64,000 bases of DNA from Clostridia bacterium (GTDB lineage: Bacteria; Bacillota; Clostridia; Oscillospirales; UBA644): NCBI GenBank assembly GCA_017934975.1, contig JAGBIM010000006.1, positions 2,311 to 66,310 on the forward strand, in the 5' to 3' direction. The notes under the pieces were generated by a model that was not told where the DNA came from, made no database searches, and was given only the letters and a program-made list of their open reading frames with translations. This document shows positions 30,206 to 39,500 of the stretch, one piece after another. How positions within the stretch are numbered: position 1 is the first letter of the stretch; the number at the start of each line of letters is the position of its first letter. A program made the position numbers and the translations under genes.

Positions 30206-30236
30206 AAATCTGCTCCTATATCACGATTGTATTTAT

Positions 30237-30266
30237 ATTATACCCTATTTAATAGGGTTTTGTCAA
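30237..30266 (-). promoter_or_regulatory. TA promoter with palindromic operator
   Basis: TTGACA-18 nt-TATAAT with ACCCTATT-T-AATAGGGT (30242-30258) across the spacer. Confidence 0.7.
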
Positions 30267-30437
30267 GGGCTTTTTTGTAAAATTCATAAATTTCATCGTT
30301 TTGTTTCTTTTAATCTTATTGTATGAATCAAAACATTTATCCGACATCGTTTTCTTCCATACTGTTTTTAGAGTGTAAACACAATCTTGGAGATTCACGT
30401 TTGCACAACCAAAAAAACAAAAGATAGGAGATTAAAA

Positions 30438-31034
30438 ATGAGTAAATTACATGCAATCATCAAAACAAGCAGCGGGCGAACCGCGGAGGTGGACTTCCCC
30501 ATCGCCCGCCCCGAATTCAAAAAACTGATTCGGGAGTTGACTATGGACGACCCCGATGGACGGTGGTCCTTTGACGGATTTCTGGTCTGTTCCGCCGCCG
30601 AAGGTCGAGCTCTCGAACGATGCAAGAATTTGTCCGAAATCAATTATTACGGGCATATTGTTTCCCGGTTTTCCGACGAGGATTGGCGACGGTATCAATT
30701 CTTGCTTGACGCCGGCGTGGCGGAATGGGAGACCGTGAGAAACCTGATCAACATTGCCGCAAATGTCAACCATTACTGTTGTTTCAAGATCGCATCGTAC
30801 GCAGAACTGGGAAGATTTCTGCGAGAAGGAAATCCAAATTATCCTACATTTGCGGATCCGAGCGAAAAAACGTTGCGTAATGCGGGAAAGCAGTACGCAA
30901 AGCAAAAGCACGGAAAATTTTACGACGGGTATTATGTGGAACAAAATGATCTTTGGAACTCCATCTATAACGGGGACCCAAAAACGATCCCCGAACAATA
31001 TCAACTTCGGATCGAAGAAAGTGAGGAAAGATGA
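30438..31034 (+). CDS. ArdA-like (antirestriction-related) protein
   Basis: NLSEINYY...LINIAANV...ELG...GKFYDGYYVE pattern; AGGAG RBS. Confidence 0.55.
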   Translation: MSKLHAIIKTSSGRTAEVDFPIARPEFKKLIRELTMDDPDGRWSFDGFLVCSAAEGRALERCKNLSEINYYGHIVSRFSDEDWRRYQFLLDAGVAEWETVRNLINIAANVNHYCCFKIASYAELGRFLREGNPNYPTFADPSEKTLRNAGKQYAKQKHGKFYDGYYVEQNDLWNSIYNGDPKTIPEQYQLRIEESEER

Positions 31035-31642
31035 TGACCGAATACAAAATGACCGGAATCTTAAAATCGGAACACACGGGAAAGGGTGCGAAAATTCAAT
31101 TCCCCACGACGGAAAAAGCATTTAAGGAACTGTTGTACGATCTGTCCGACGGGCATCCAGATACCCCGTGGGGAATATCCGGAATCTGTGTTCAAAACGA
31201 AGAAGAGGCCTTTGCGATTGCTGCGTGCAAGAATTTGTCGGCGATAAATTATTATGCCGCTCTAGCACAAAATTTCACGCGGGACGAATATGCCTTGTAT
31301 CAATTTTTGTTGCGAGCAGGGGTTTGCGTAAAGTACACGATGGATACCATCATAAATCTCGCGTTGAACGTCCATAATTTTACGGTGTGCGCGGAGATCC
31401 CGGATGCATACGCTTTGGGCAAGATGATTTTGGACACAAGCACCGAGGAGGAAGGGAAAGCACCCGAAGGATTTGAAAATGCTTCCAAGGATAAAATTGC
31501 GATGCTGGGCGAAATGATCTGCATCAAATCCGGCGGAACGTTTTACAACGGCTTTTATATCGAACCCAACGACAACTACCAACTGTTATACGACAGCCCC
31601 GCCGATGTCCCAGAATTCTTTCGCATTTCCATCCCCGTATGA
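31031..31642 (+). CDS. ArdA-like protein, tandem paralog
   Basis: NLSAINYY...IINLALNV...ALG...GTFYNGFYIE; ATGA overlap. Confidence 0.55.
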   Translation: MMTEYKMTGILKSEHTGKGAKIQFPTTEKAFKELLYDLSDGHPDTPWGISGICVQNEEEAFAIAACKNLSAINYYAALAQNFTRDEYALYQFLLRAGVCVKYTMDTIINLALNVHNFTVCAEIPDAYALGKMILDTSTEEEGKAPEGFENASKDKIAMLGEMICIKSGGTFYNGFYIEPNDNYQLLYDSPADVPEFFRISIPV

Positions 31643-31676
31643 GACAACAACGAAAAATAAATACCGTGCAAACGCA

Positions 31677-31716
31677 ATCAGCCCCCGAAGAAATCATCGG
31701 GGGCTGGTTGTTTTTT
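31677..31716 (+). terminator. rho-independent terminator
   Basis: CAGCCCCCGA...TCGGGGGCTG followed by a T-run. Confidence 0.7.
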
Positions 31717-31749
31717 AGGAAAACGTTAATGGTCGCGTTACTGCAGTTA

Positions 31750-32298
31750 AGGGGATTCTTTTCGCTGTGGAAAAATAGGTTGTGCCCAACGGAGCTATTG
31801 GCGTCAAGCACAGGGGCGGGGCTGATGAAGCGGCACCAGTAGGGGTTGTAATAGCGGGCGTTGAGGTAGTACATCCCGCTTTCGACATCGTAGTAATAAC
31901 CACGATAACGGAAGGGATTGTAATGACCGAGGGTGGTTGCCAGGGTTCCCGTAACGCCCAGATTGCAGCCCCAGGCATCGTAGGAATAGCGGACGACCAG
32001 CGTGCCCGAGGAATTGAAAATCCCCAGAACATCGCCGAAGATGTTTTTGTAATAGTAATAATCCTGTCCGTTCCAGTTCAGACCGACGGGGGAACCGTTC
32101 TCGTCGTAGTAATAATAGAGCTGATGGGTTACGGTGCCGTATTCGTCCTTGCGGGTTTCTGCGACGATGGTGCTGCCGTCCAGCACGTAGTGAACGGTTT
32201 CGGTAATTTGTCCGTATTCTTCCCGAACCTTATCCGTGCGGATGCCGTCGGAGTTGTAGGAATAGTTGTGGAGAACGTCGCTGCTGAAGTAAGAAGTT
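31750..32298 (-). pseudogene. orphan Rhs core fragment with no start and no intact toxin tip
   Basis: NPFRYRGYYYD...YYLNARYYNP core homologous to 37110-37625; preceded by an in-frame TAA; DPxG motif decayed. Confidence 0.8.
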
Positions 32299-32323
32299 TA
32301 CCTGCAGTTGCGAAATTAGGTTT

Positions 32324-32923
32324 TTAAATATTTGCAGGGAAAATAATAACTTTTCCCATCTGTTCCAAGGTCTTGATCGTATGCTTTAAGCGGATTTGAA
32401 AGTAATCCACAAGTTTTTGACTGAACCATGGAAAACAGAACCATTCCATTCCGTACGCAACTCCGATTGCCGCCATGGCTTGGTATCGCTCGTTTCCGAC
32501 CTGGGACAAGGGCCGTTCAAACCGTTGGTCATCCAGGCCAAACAATTCCTTCAGCCCTTCCGAAGTGAAATCGGACTTGCTTTTTTTGATTCCTTGTTCG
32601 ATCAGTTTTCGGACACTCTTTCGTTTGGAAAACAATGGGAAGGACGGATCCATATAACAAGACTTTTCCATAATTTCTTCCATGATTTCTTCCGATTCTC
32701 CAAGGATTTTCGGTTGTTCAAAAAGAAGAAAATCCTTTTTTCGACAATGGTACATGGACAACAAATAAGAAATTGCCCACGCCCCGGAATCAATATCACC
32801 ATTCAGAATATTGCGTCCTTTTCGAAACTCGTACGCCTCGGATTGAAAACCGTCATGAGCTTCAAAAAAGGCGGAGTGGCATTTCACAAGTCCATCGCAA
32901 GATATTATATACTCTTTCTTCAT
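32324..32923 (-). CDS. putative immunity protein with degenerate ABC-ATPase-like fold
   Basis: ATGA overlap with the upstream toxin cassette; GDIDSGAW and RPLSQVGNERYQA resemble Walker A and the ABC signature. Confidence 0.6.
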   Translation of the reverse strand: MKKEYIISCDGLVKCHSAFFEAHDGFQSEAYEFRKGRNILNGDIDSGAWAISYLLSMYHCRKKDFLLFEQPKILGESEEIMEEIMEKSCYMDPSFPLFSKRKSVRKLIEQGIKKSKSDFTSEGLKELFGLDDQRFERPLSQVGNERYQAMAAIGVAYGMEWFCFPWFSQKLVDYFQIRLKHTIKTLEQMGKVIIFPANI

Positions 32924-33954
32924 CCTGTAAACCTCACAAATTTTATGTCCCAAATGGGAATTGGCCCTGGCATAACAGACACTACGGGCTTATCAAGTTG
33001 CACTATAAAATTCTTGATTCCGTTATCCCTAGCGAAAGGAGCAATTGTTTTAAAAGAAATCACAACACCAAGGTGCGCTCCAGAACGTGCTATTGAATAA
33101 TCACTAGGGGAATGCTTCCAAGCAAACACATAATCACCTTCCCAGGGACTCCCTCGCAACTTTCCTTCTGTTTGTATTTTTTTTAGTGCATCCAGCGAGG
33201 TAACGTGATAATACGTTTCTCCAAATTCATATTTCTTTTTCTTAGGTATAGCAATATCTTTTGCTAATTCTTTCGTTATTTTTTTGGAATCTGATTTTGG
33301 AATGGAAGCTGACGGCGCTGTCACCGGAGGATTTTGTGTAATTGAGTCTGCTATACTATAACCTGCAATAGCACAGCCGACAAGATAGATGATTTCTCCA
33401 AAAGGCAAGACTCCATCAGCACCGCAAAGCCACCACATAGACGCTGCCCACCCTGCTGCGGCAGGGCTGCACCCTGTAGGATCGATGCGGTTAATAGGAT
33501 CATTTCCGCAATATGTAAAGAGGTTGCAGCCTACGGCACTGCCCGTGTCGATGACGGGGTCGGGGCTGATGAAGCGGCACCAGTAGGGGTTGTAATACCG
33601 TGCGTTGAGGTAGTACATTCCGGTTTCGTTATCGTAGTAATAACCGCGATAACGGAAGGGGTTGTAGCGGCCGAGGGTGGTTGCCATGGTTCCCGTAACG
33701 CCCAGATTGCAGCCCCAGGCATCGTAGGAATAGCGGACGACCAGCGTGCCCGAGGAATTGAAAATACCGAGGATATCACCAAAAATGTTCTTGTAATAGT
33801 AATAATCCTGCCCGTTCCAGTTCAGGCCGATGGGGGCACCGTTCTCATCGTAGTAATAATAGAACTGATGGGTTACGGTGCCGTATTCGTCCTTGCGGGT
33901 TTCTGCGACGATGGTGCTGCCGTCCAGGACGTAGTGCACCGTATCCGTAATCAT
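32920..33954 (-). CDS. orphan Rhs core plus C-terminal toxin (ADP-ribosyltransferase-like)
   Basis: Rhs core ending PINRIDPTG; tip with YYHVTS...I...G.L...YVF. Confidence 0.75.
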   Translation of the reverse strand: MITDTVHYVLDGSTIVAETRKDEYGTVTHQFYYYYDENGAPIGLNWNGQDYYYYKNIFGDILGIFNSSGTLVVRYSYDAWGCNLGVTGTMATTLGRYNPFRYRGYYYDNETGMYYLNARYYNPYWCRFISPDPVIDTGSAVGCNLFTYCGNDPINRIDPTGCSPAAAGWAASMWWLCGADGVLPFGEIIYLVGCAIAGYSIADSITQNPPVTAPSASIPKSDSKKITKELAKDIAIPKKKKYEFGETYYHVTSLDALKKIQTEGKLRGSPWEGDYVFAWKHSPSDYSIARSGAHLGVVISFKTIAPFARDNGIKNFIVQLDKPVVSVMPGPIPIWDIKFVRFTG

Positions 33955-34006
33955 GCCCGCATTCTCAATAACCTTATCGGTGCGGCAAGGAGAGTGCCGG
34001 GAACTT

Positions 34007-34429
34007 CTACTTTATGTATTCTGCGATGAGTTGTTCAAACTCTTCTTTATCAAAAAAGAAATATCCGGAATTGTTTTTATTGGAACGTGTAAATGATTGA
34101 GAATCGTGATAGATGAAATCATAGTCTCCGTTGTAATATTCAATTCGGACAACGACGTATCCCTCATCAATGGAAAGCGGGGGGCCCCAACTTTTACTCT
34201 GTTTTATTTCGTTGAGTTTTTTGAGAAATCCGTTACGGTCTGCTATTTCGTGCAGCACCGTATATTCGAACTCATACTCTGCTTCGATATACCGATCAAG
34301 ACGGACGATTTGGACCGACTTTACGTTGTCGGGATTGCAGATATATCTTGAAGGCCCAAAGAAACCACAACTACATAATGAGAAAAGAAGAACAAAAACC
34401 ACTACAAAAACAGCAATTTTCTTAGTCAT
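34007..34429 (-). CDS. putative immunity lipoprotein
   Basis: Lipobox LCSC; GAGGAG RBS directly after the toxin stop. Confidence 0.7.
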   Translation of the reverse strand: MTKKIAVFVVVFVLLFSLCSCGFFGPSRYICNPDNVKSVQIVRLDRYIEAEYEFEYTVLHEIADRNGFLKKLNEIKQSKSWGPPLSIDEGYVVVRIEYYNGDYDFIYHDSQSFTRSNKNNSGYFFFDKEEFEQLIAEYIK

Positions 34430-34440
34430 ATAAATTCTCC

Positions 34441-35493
34441 TCACTTGAAAAACAACGGAATTAAACTCCAGTATGAGGTGTATTGTCCGGGAGGGAGAGA
34501 CGGTTTTCTGCGTTGTGTCAACGTTGAGTTCCCCAGCCGGTTTGCTTCTGCTTCCCACGGATAAGAATAATAGTCGTAAGGCAATTTCCCATTTTGGTCT
34601 AAAATACTAATAGTAACAGAAGGAATTGCAACCTCAAAAGTAAAGTTAATAATTCCTTTTTCTCTAAACTGTAAAACATGTCCGTATTCATGGTTTAGCG
34701 TGTTTGCGTTTTGCTGTGATTTGCTTAAACCAATAATTCCGAATGAAAAGGATGTATCAAGAGGTGTTTTTATTACAAGAGCGCCTTTATATCCGGAAAT
34801 ATAATTTGATTCAAAAACAGTATCTTCACTTTGATTATCGATATCAAAATTTTTGACATCTTCAACTATGTCTTCGCAAAATTCGACAACAGGATCAATA
34901 ATATTTTCTTTAACCCAACCAACGGCTTTTTTTATCCATTTCGGCCAATTTCCGGTATAGTCTGCATAGTTGACGGGATCATTGAAGCAATAGCAAAACA
35001 AATTATAGCCAACAGCAAGCCCGTCGGCCCCCAAGTATTGAGGCTCGTCAGCACTGATAAAGCGGCACCAGGAGGGGCGGTAGTAGCGGGCGTTGAGGTA
35101 GTACATTCCGCTTTCGGTGTCGTAGTAATAGCCACGGTAACGGAAGGGATTGTAGCGGCCGAGGGTGGTTGCCATGGTTCCCGTAACGCCCAGATTGCAG
35201 CCCCAGGCATCGTAGGAATAGCGGACGACCAGCGTGCCCGAGGAATTGAAAATCCCCAGAATATCGCCGAAGATGTTCTTGTAATAGTAATAATCCTGCC
35301 CATTCCAGTTCAGGCCGATGGGGGCACCGTTCTCATCGTAGTAATAATAGAGCTGATGGGTTACGGTGCCGTATTCGTCCTTGCGGGTTTCTGCGACGAT
35401 GGTGCTGCCGTCCAGCACGTAGTGACGGTTTCCATCGTTACCCCATAGTACGGATTCCGATAAGAAATTCCCGCGCTGGTGCTTTGTTTTCAT
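34441..35493 (-). CDS. orphan Rhs core plus HExxH metallopeptidase-like tip
   Basis: Rhs core ending PVNYADYTG; HEYGH and PWEAEA; start codon uncertain. Confidence 0.78.
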   Translation of the reverse strand: MKTKHQRGNFLSESVLWGNDGNRHYVLDGSTIVAETRKDEYGTVTHQLYYYYDENGAPIGLNWNGQDYYYYKNIFGDILGIFNSSGTLVVRYSYDAWGCNLGVTGTMATTLGRYNPFRYRGYYYDTESGMYYLNARYYRPSWCRFISADEPQYLGADGLAVGYNLFCYCFNDPVNYADYTGNWPKWIKKAVGWVKENIIDPVVEFCEDIVEDVKNFDIDNQSEDTVFESNYISGYKGALVIKTPLDTSFSFGIIGLSKSQQNANTLNHEYGHVLQFREKGIINFTFEVAIPSVTISILDQNGKLPYDYYSYPWEAEANRLGNSTLTQRRKPSLPPGQYTSYWSLIPLFFK

Positions 35494-35501
35494 CTGCTGC
35501 T

Positions 35502-36503
35502 TTACTCTTTCGTTACGATAAAGGTTTTCAAATCAACTGAATAGAGTTCTTGCAGTGGCGTTATTCCGAACAAATGAGAATCCGTTACGAAGAGACTGTC
35601 AAATGTTTTTTCGGAAATCCGTTTCTTTTCTCCGCTTTCAAGATCAATGCACCATAAGCCGTTTGTTTCCAGATCTGAAACATTCCAAACAACGGACCCG
35701 GATGAGTTTCTTTTTTGAAAAGATAAATACAAATATTTATCATTAACCGCAATCCTAATGTGATTTTGGTCTGGAATGGGTTCCCCAAACAACGAAATAT
35801 CTTTTTCTTGGAAACTATTCAGATTAAGAATATTGATGGAATCTGAAATGTCATCAAAATGAACAACTGTATCCTCATAAAAATAGAGATCATCGTAATA
35901 TGGGTTAACTGTATACGAAGTGTTAAAACTGTCTACAACACCGGTATTTAAAGAATATACGACTAATTCTCTGTTGGTCTCTCCTACATAGTATATAAGG
36001 TCTCCGTTTACCCAAAAACAATAAACATCTTCTGCGATTTCTTTTTTCTGACCTGTTGAGAAGTTCTGAAATAAAAATCTTCCCTCTACACCAGAAATAT
36101 ATACAAGATTATTATTATGAACATAAAAATCATAAACGGGATCCATTACAACATCCGAAGCCCCGGTATCTATAGACATGCGGTAAAGGCTATTTCCGTC
36201 GAGGTAATACAAATATCCGTTGTCAAGCATAAACTTGTTTACGCCGTACACGGTTCTTCGGGCACCATCTTTTTCCCACACAGTAATACAAGGAATGAAT
36301 AGCCTTGTGTTCCAAATCGCGACACAGTCATCGCTCTTGTCCAAGAAATTTTCATTTCTGATATAATTATTTGAATTGGTTTTCGAATAATTGGAAGAAA
36401 TCAACACATTCGGAATTTTTCGAGGAACAAAGAACCATAGAAGCACAACAACGAAGAGGAGAAAAAGGATTACACCCAAAGAGATCAAAAAAAACTTTTT
36501 CAT
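35502..36503 (-). CDS. membrane-anchored beta-propeller-like protein (DUF5050-like), putative immunity
   Basis: N-terminal transmembrane helix; GYLYY/NLVYI/DLIYY repeats; ATGA overlap with the Rhs stop. Confidence 0.65.
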   Translation of the reverse strand: MKKFFLISLGVILFLLFVVVLLWFFVPRKIPNVLISSNYSKTNSNNYIRNENFLDKSDDCVAIWNTRLFIPCITVWEKDGARRTVYGVNKFMLDNGYLYYLDGNSLYRMSIDTGASDVVMDPVYDFYVHNNNLVYISGVEGRFLFQNFSTGQKKEIAEDVYCFWVNGDLIYYVGETNRELVVYSLNTGVVDSFNTSYTVNPYYDDLYFYEDTVVHFDDISDSINILNLNSFQEKDISLFGEPIPDQNHIRIAVNDKYLYLSFQKRNSSGSVVWNVSDLETNGLWCIDLESGEKKRISEKTFDSLFVTDSHLFGITPLQELYSVDLKTFIVTKE

Positions 36504-39500
36504 GAAAACAGGCCTCCTATCAATTTTGTTGCAATCCGCTTACCTGCAGCGCGACTTACGTAAAAAAGAAATTCTGCTGTTCTTAATTTTATGACCTCGG
36601 AATTTACATGATTAAAATAAAGATTGGGTATAAGTGCATTGTCCTCTTTTAGTATCTTTTTATAAAAAAAGTCATATTTCTTAAAATTTCCTCGTAACAA
36701 AGCTCTTTTGGTAACTTGTACACAGTTACGATATAATAAGTCGTAAGAAAAATTTTTGCGTTGAAGATCGTATATATAAGAAATACTTCCAGAAAAATCT
36801 CCTTCAAAATATATCATTTTCTCATATCCTTTTTCAGGATCGTTTGCCGAATAATGCTTGTTTATACCCTCAAAAGATAAGTCGCCACCATACGGCTCTA
36901 AAAATTCATAGGAGCCAGTTTTTCCCGAAAAACCGCCTCGATTGCTTCCCCAATAGAAATGAAGCCATTGTCCATTTTCGTCTTGAAGTAACAGGCCTGA
37001 ATGCCCTAATCCGCCAACGGCATCTTTATCTTGCAACCAAATTGCATCTTCTCCGGTGAGATCAAAATAACACACGGGAGAATTATTGCAGTAAACAAAC
37101 AAATTGCATCCTACGGCGTTGCTGGCGTCAAGCACAGGATCCGGGCTGATGAAGCGGCACCAATAGGGGTTATAATAGCGGGCGTTGAGGTAGTACATTC
37201 CAGTTTCGTTATCGTAGTAATAACCGCGATAACGGAAGGGGTTGTAGATTCCCAGTGTGTTTGCCATGGAGCCGGATCGGGAAATGCTATTCCCCCAGGC
37301 GTCATAGGAATAACGAACCACCAAAGTCCCTGCGGAATTGAAAATGCCGAGGATATCACCAAAAATGTTCTTGTAATAGTAATAATCCTGCCCGTTCCAG
37401 TTCAACCCGATGGGTGCACCGTTTTCATCGTAATAGTAGTAGAATTGGTGCGTTACCGTATCATAGCCGTCTTTGCGCGTCTCGGAAACGATGGTACTGC
37501 CATCCAGTACGTAGTGAACGGTTTCGGTAATCTGTCCGTATTCTTCCCGAACCTTGTCGGTTCGAATTCCGTCGGAATTGTAGGAATAGTAGTGGAGAAC
37601 GTCACTGCTGAAGTAAGAAGTCAGTTCTCGGCCGTTCCAGGTGTAGGAGGTGTCGAAGTCCCAGGTAACGTTCCCCATGGCATCGTAGTAGAAGGAGCTG
37701 CTGCGCTCCCCGATGCCATAGAAATTGATACCGATATAATTCCATTCTTTTGCGGTGTACTCAATTTCTTCACCCAGATCGCCCACGGTGAAAGAATAGG
37801 ATCTGCGGGAGAGAATATTGCCGACCGTATCGTAGGTGTAGGTATAGGAAATCCCCGCATCGGCGTTGTCTTCCCGAATGAGGAACCCGGTGACGCTATC
37901 GTAGGTATACTTGTTGATCAGTTGGCCGTTGCGCAGAACCCGAATGACCCGACCGACGGAATCGTATTCGTAGGACAAGGTTTCGTTCAGTGCGGAGTTC
38001 GTTTCCGCGTTCACCACGTCCGAAGAATAGCCGGTAGTGCCGTTCCAACCCGGACGGAAGGAGTATGTCGTTTTGAAAAGCTCCGTTCCTCCGGCGTTGC
38101 GCAGGCTGACGTTGTTCAAACGGTGGAGATAATCGTAATTCAACGCGCGGGTCAGGCGATTGGTAATGCTCCAGTTTTCCAGACGGTCCGCTTCACCGTA
38201 GGTGGGGACGTAGGAAAGGGAGGTGGACCCCAAGGTATAATTAAGACCGGAGGTGCGATTTTCCGCATCGTAAGTGACGGCGGTGGTCATTTCGGGGACG
38301 TTTGCCGCCGTATAGTGAGTGTAACCCGTGACGCGGGAAAGGGTATCGTAGGAGTAGTCGGTATAATACCCCTTCAGATTGTTCTGATTCCGTAGAAGAT
38401 TTCCGTTGTCGTCGTAGGAGAAGACGAAGGAGGGCGTGACGGCTCCGTTGCGGTAGATTGCGGAAAGGAGATTTTGGGCATTGTAGCCGTATTGCTCCGA
38501 ATAACCGTTGGCATAGGTCATGGAAGCAAGCTTCCCGTAGCCCTGCTGATAGGTATAGGTGACGAGATTCGTGTTGCCCGATCTCAGAGAAATCAGGTTT
38601 CCGAAGGCATTCCGAGAGAAGGTAAAGCTGTTTTTGGTGGTGGAAACCTTTTCCAAGAGAAGGGCATCGTACTCGTTGTAGGTGTAGGTTACAGGAGCAT
38701 TCGAGGAAAGGACGCCGTCGCTTGTTTCGATGCCGCCGATGTAGGTTCTTGCCAAGGTTTCGTTGGGATTGTATTCGTAATTGGTAAGGATTCCGTTTGC
38801 GTTGCAGGAGGAAATCAGCTGATTTGCGTAGTAGTAGCTTGCAGAGGTGTTCCCCGTGGTATCGTAGGTTTTGAAAACGAATCCCTCGGAAGTGTAGGTC
38901 TGTTCCGTGCGGAAGGCCGACGAATCGGTAACGCCTTCGGCGGTACTCGTGATTTCCGAAGAACGGACCTGGCCGTAGCCGTTATAGGTATACTCCGTGT
39001 GCAGGTCCAGAGGCAGATCTGCAGAGGTGATATTGCGATTGAAGAACCCCGAACTATAAGAATAAGATGCACTTTCAGAGGTTCCGTCCGCCTTGTTTCG
39101 GGATGCGGAGACGAGGCGGTTCTCGTTATCGTAGGAATAAGAACGGTCGCTTCCTACGGAAGAGCGTGTGGCGGTCACATTGCCTTTGTTATCGTAATCG
39201 ACGTTTTGATAAACTCCCGCCGTGAGGGTTACTCCGTCAAAGTATGCCGTATTGACGTTGTTCTCGTAAACGCATTCCACGGTGATGGACTCGATGGAGG
39301 TGATTTCGATATCCGGTTTTGACTCCACTATGAAAGAGCCTGCTACGTATTGCCATTCGTCGCAGAGCCATTGGAAGGGGATGTCTACGGTACGGGTGAA
39401 GGTTTCGGGAGCCGTCCCGGAAAGGGAAGCGTTATACGTGATCTTGGCTCGGAGTGCAAAGGCGGCACCCGTATCGGCGGTGTTCATGGAGTCCGCCTTC

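Noticed and set aside
31780-37625. Diversity-generating retroelement (TR/VR pair) among the Rhs core copies
   Set aside because: Differences I inspected are mostly synonymous and not adenine-specific; no reverse transcriptase is present
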